Source of the DNA: Carcharhinus amblyrhynchos
Taxonomy: Eukaryota
Reading direction: 5' to 3'
Length of the DNA: 64,000 nucleotides
Assembly: GCA_965287045.1 (NCBI GenBank)
Contig: OZ336898.1
Span: 33,170,001-33,234,000 of the forward strand
The position numbers and the translations under genes were made by a program. Positions 63,091-64,000 of this stretch are shown here, one piece after another. Position 1 is the first letter of the stretch; each line of letters begins with the position of its first letter. The notes below the pieces were generated by a model. The model saw only the letters and a list, made by a program, of their open reading frames with translations, searched no databases and was not told the origin of the DNA.

Positions 63091-64000
63091 CACTGCAAGG
63101 GTCACTAGCCCCATCACCACCACCCCACCCCCCCCCCCCCCCCCCCCCACCCCCAACTCTTTAGCAGACCATTAGCTTTACTGAACTGCCCTTCGATTCT
63201 TCAAACTCCAGGCTCCTGATTGCCGAGTTTTAAATGGTTCCCAGGGTTCTTTGAGCCTAGCACAGAACCAGTGACCTTCTGTTATCTTCCCTCTCCCGAG
63301 GACTTGCGAGTCCGAATGGCCTGGAGCCTGCTAATAGTTCCGAGGGCTTCTGTATGTGCTGTAAACCACCTGAGCTCCAAAGCTCAACCTTGCAAAACAT
63401 CTCTTTTGACTGCACTTCTTTACAAGCAGTGCAGACATCATGTCTCCAGTTCCGCTGCTAGACCAGCCTAGCTACTGGTTTATAGTTCCATCTCTTCTAT
63501 TTTAACTCTATTAAACAAAACACATAACCTTCTGAACTGCCACACTCTTTTAGGTCTTCTGGCAATCTCCAAGCTAAGCATCTCAGTTACTTTATCTTCA
63601 TAACAACAATCTATCCTCTAACATTATCTTTAAAATATTATCAACCTAGATATTTATCACAGCGTGGATGCCCTTTCCACCTTGATGCCAACTGAGGATC
63701 TTACAAGGCAATTAATGCCAAGTTAAGAGCCTCAACCCATCACTGTTGGTTGAGTAATGACAGGGAGTTACCACTCGGAAGCCTGAAAAGTAAGCTCTGC
63801 TGAGTTGGTTGCTGAGTTCCCAGAGGTGTTCCTTGTTTAAATGCACTCAGTGCCTGATCAAGGGACATGGCATCACAAAGGGGGGGGTCCACTGAGAGCT
63901 ACCCAAACTGCCCTTTCTTCCAACAACCCTGCGACCCCAGCCGGTGACCCCTTCCCTATAACCCATCCCCACTAACCTGCGACCTCAGTCCCTCACCGAT

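Noticed and set aside
62223-63156. Three long overlapping ORFs (243-278 aa)
   Set aside because: Artefacts of a stop-free minisatellite.
60652-64000. Next upstream RhoGAP exon (LYFRELPNPLL-type)
   Set aside because: Not found by eye; probably beyond the window end.

Overview
Vertebrate genomic DNA, inferred to be from a shark/elasmobranch because of the repeat complement (V-domain tRNA-SINEs, abundant CR1 LINEs, Penelope-like relics). The only host protein-coding gene I can support is the 3' part of ARHGAP32 (RICS/PX-RICS/p250GAP) on the minus strand. I traced nine phase-consistent GT-AG exons (60569-60651, 59163-59270, 58212-58357, 54710-54911, 53999-54153, 53592-53663, 49227-50573, 41444-41790, 34414-36720), running from the C-terminal half of the RhoGAP domain to the stop codon; upstream exons lie beyond the window. 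The rest is intron or intergenic sequence dominated by transposable elements: CR1, Rex1/Babar, L2, three decayed Gypsy-type LTR elements, Penelope-like relics, SINEs and MITE-like elements, plus two C-rich minisatellites. The most notable observations are (1) a 303-bp poly(A)-tailed retroposon with two U2 snRNA 5' segments and an 8-bp TSD, nested in a Gypsy 3' LTR whose empty site survives in the 5' LTR; (2) a 7 x 26-aa (78-bp) tandem expansion inside an ARHGAP32 coding exon; (3) a miR-132-like site just after the stop codon with a seed mismatch; and (4) Penelope-derived foldback and hammerhead-like relics. All family assignments come from motif recognition, not database searches, and TE boundaries are approximate.
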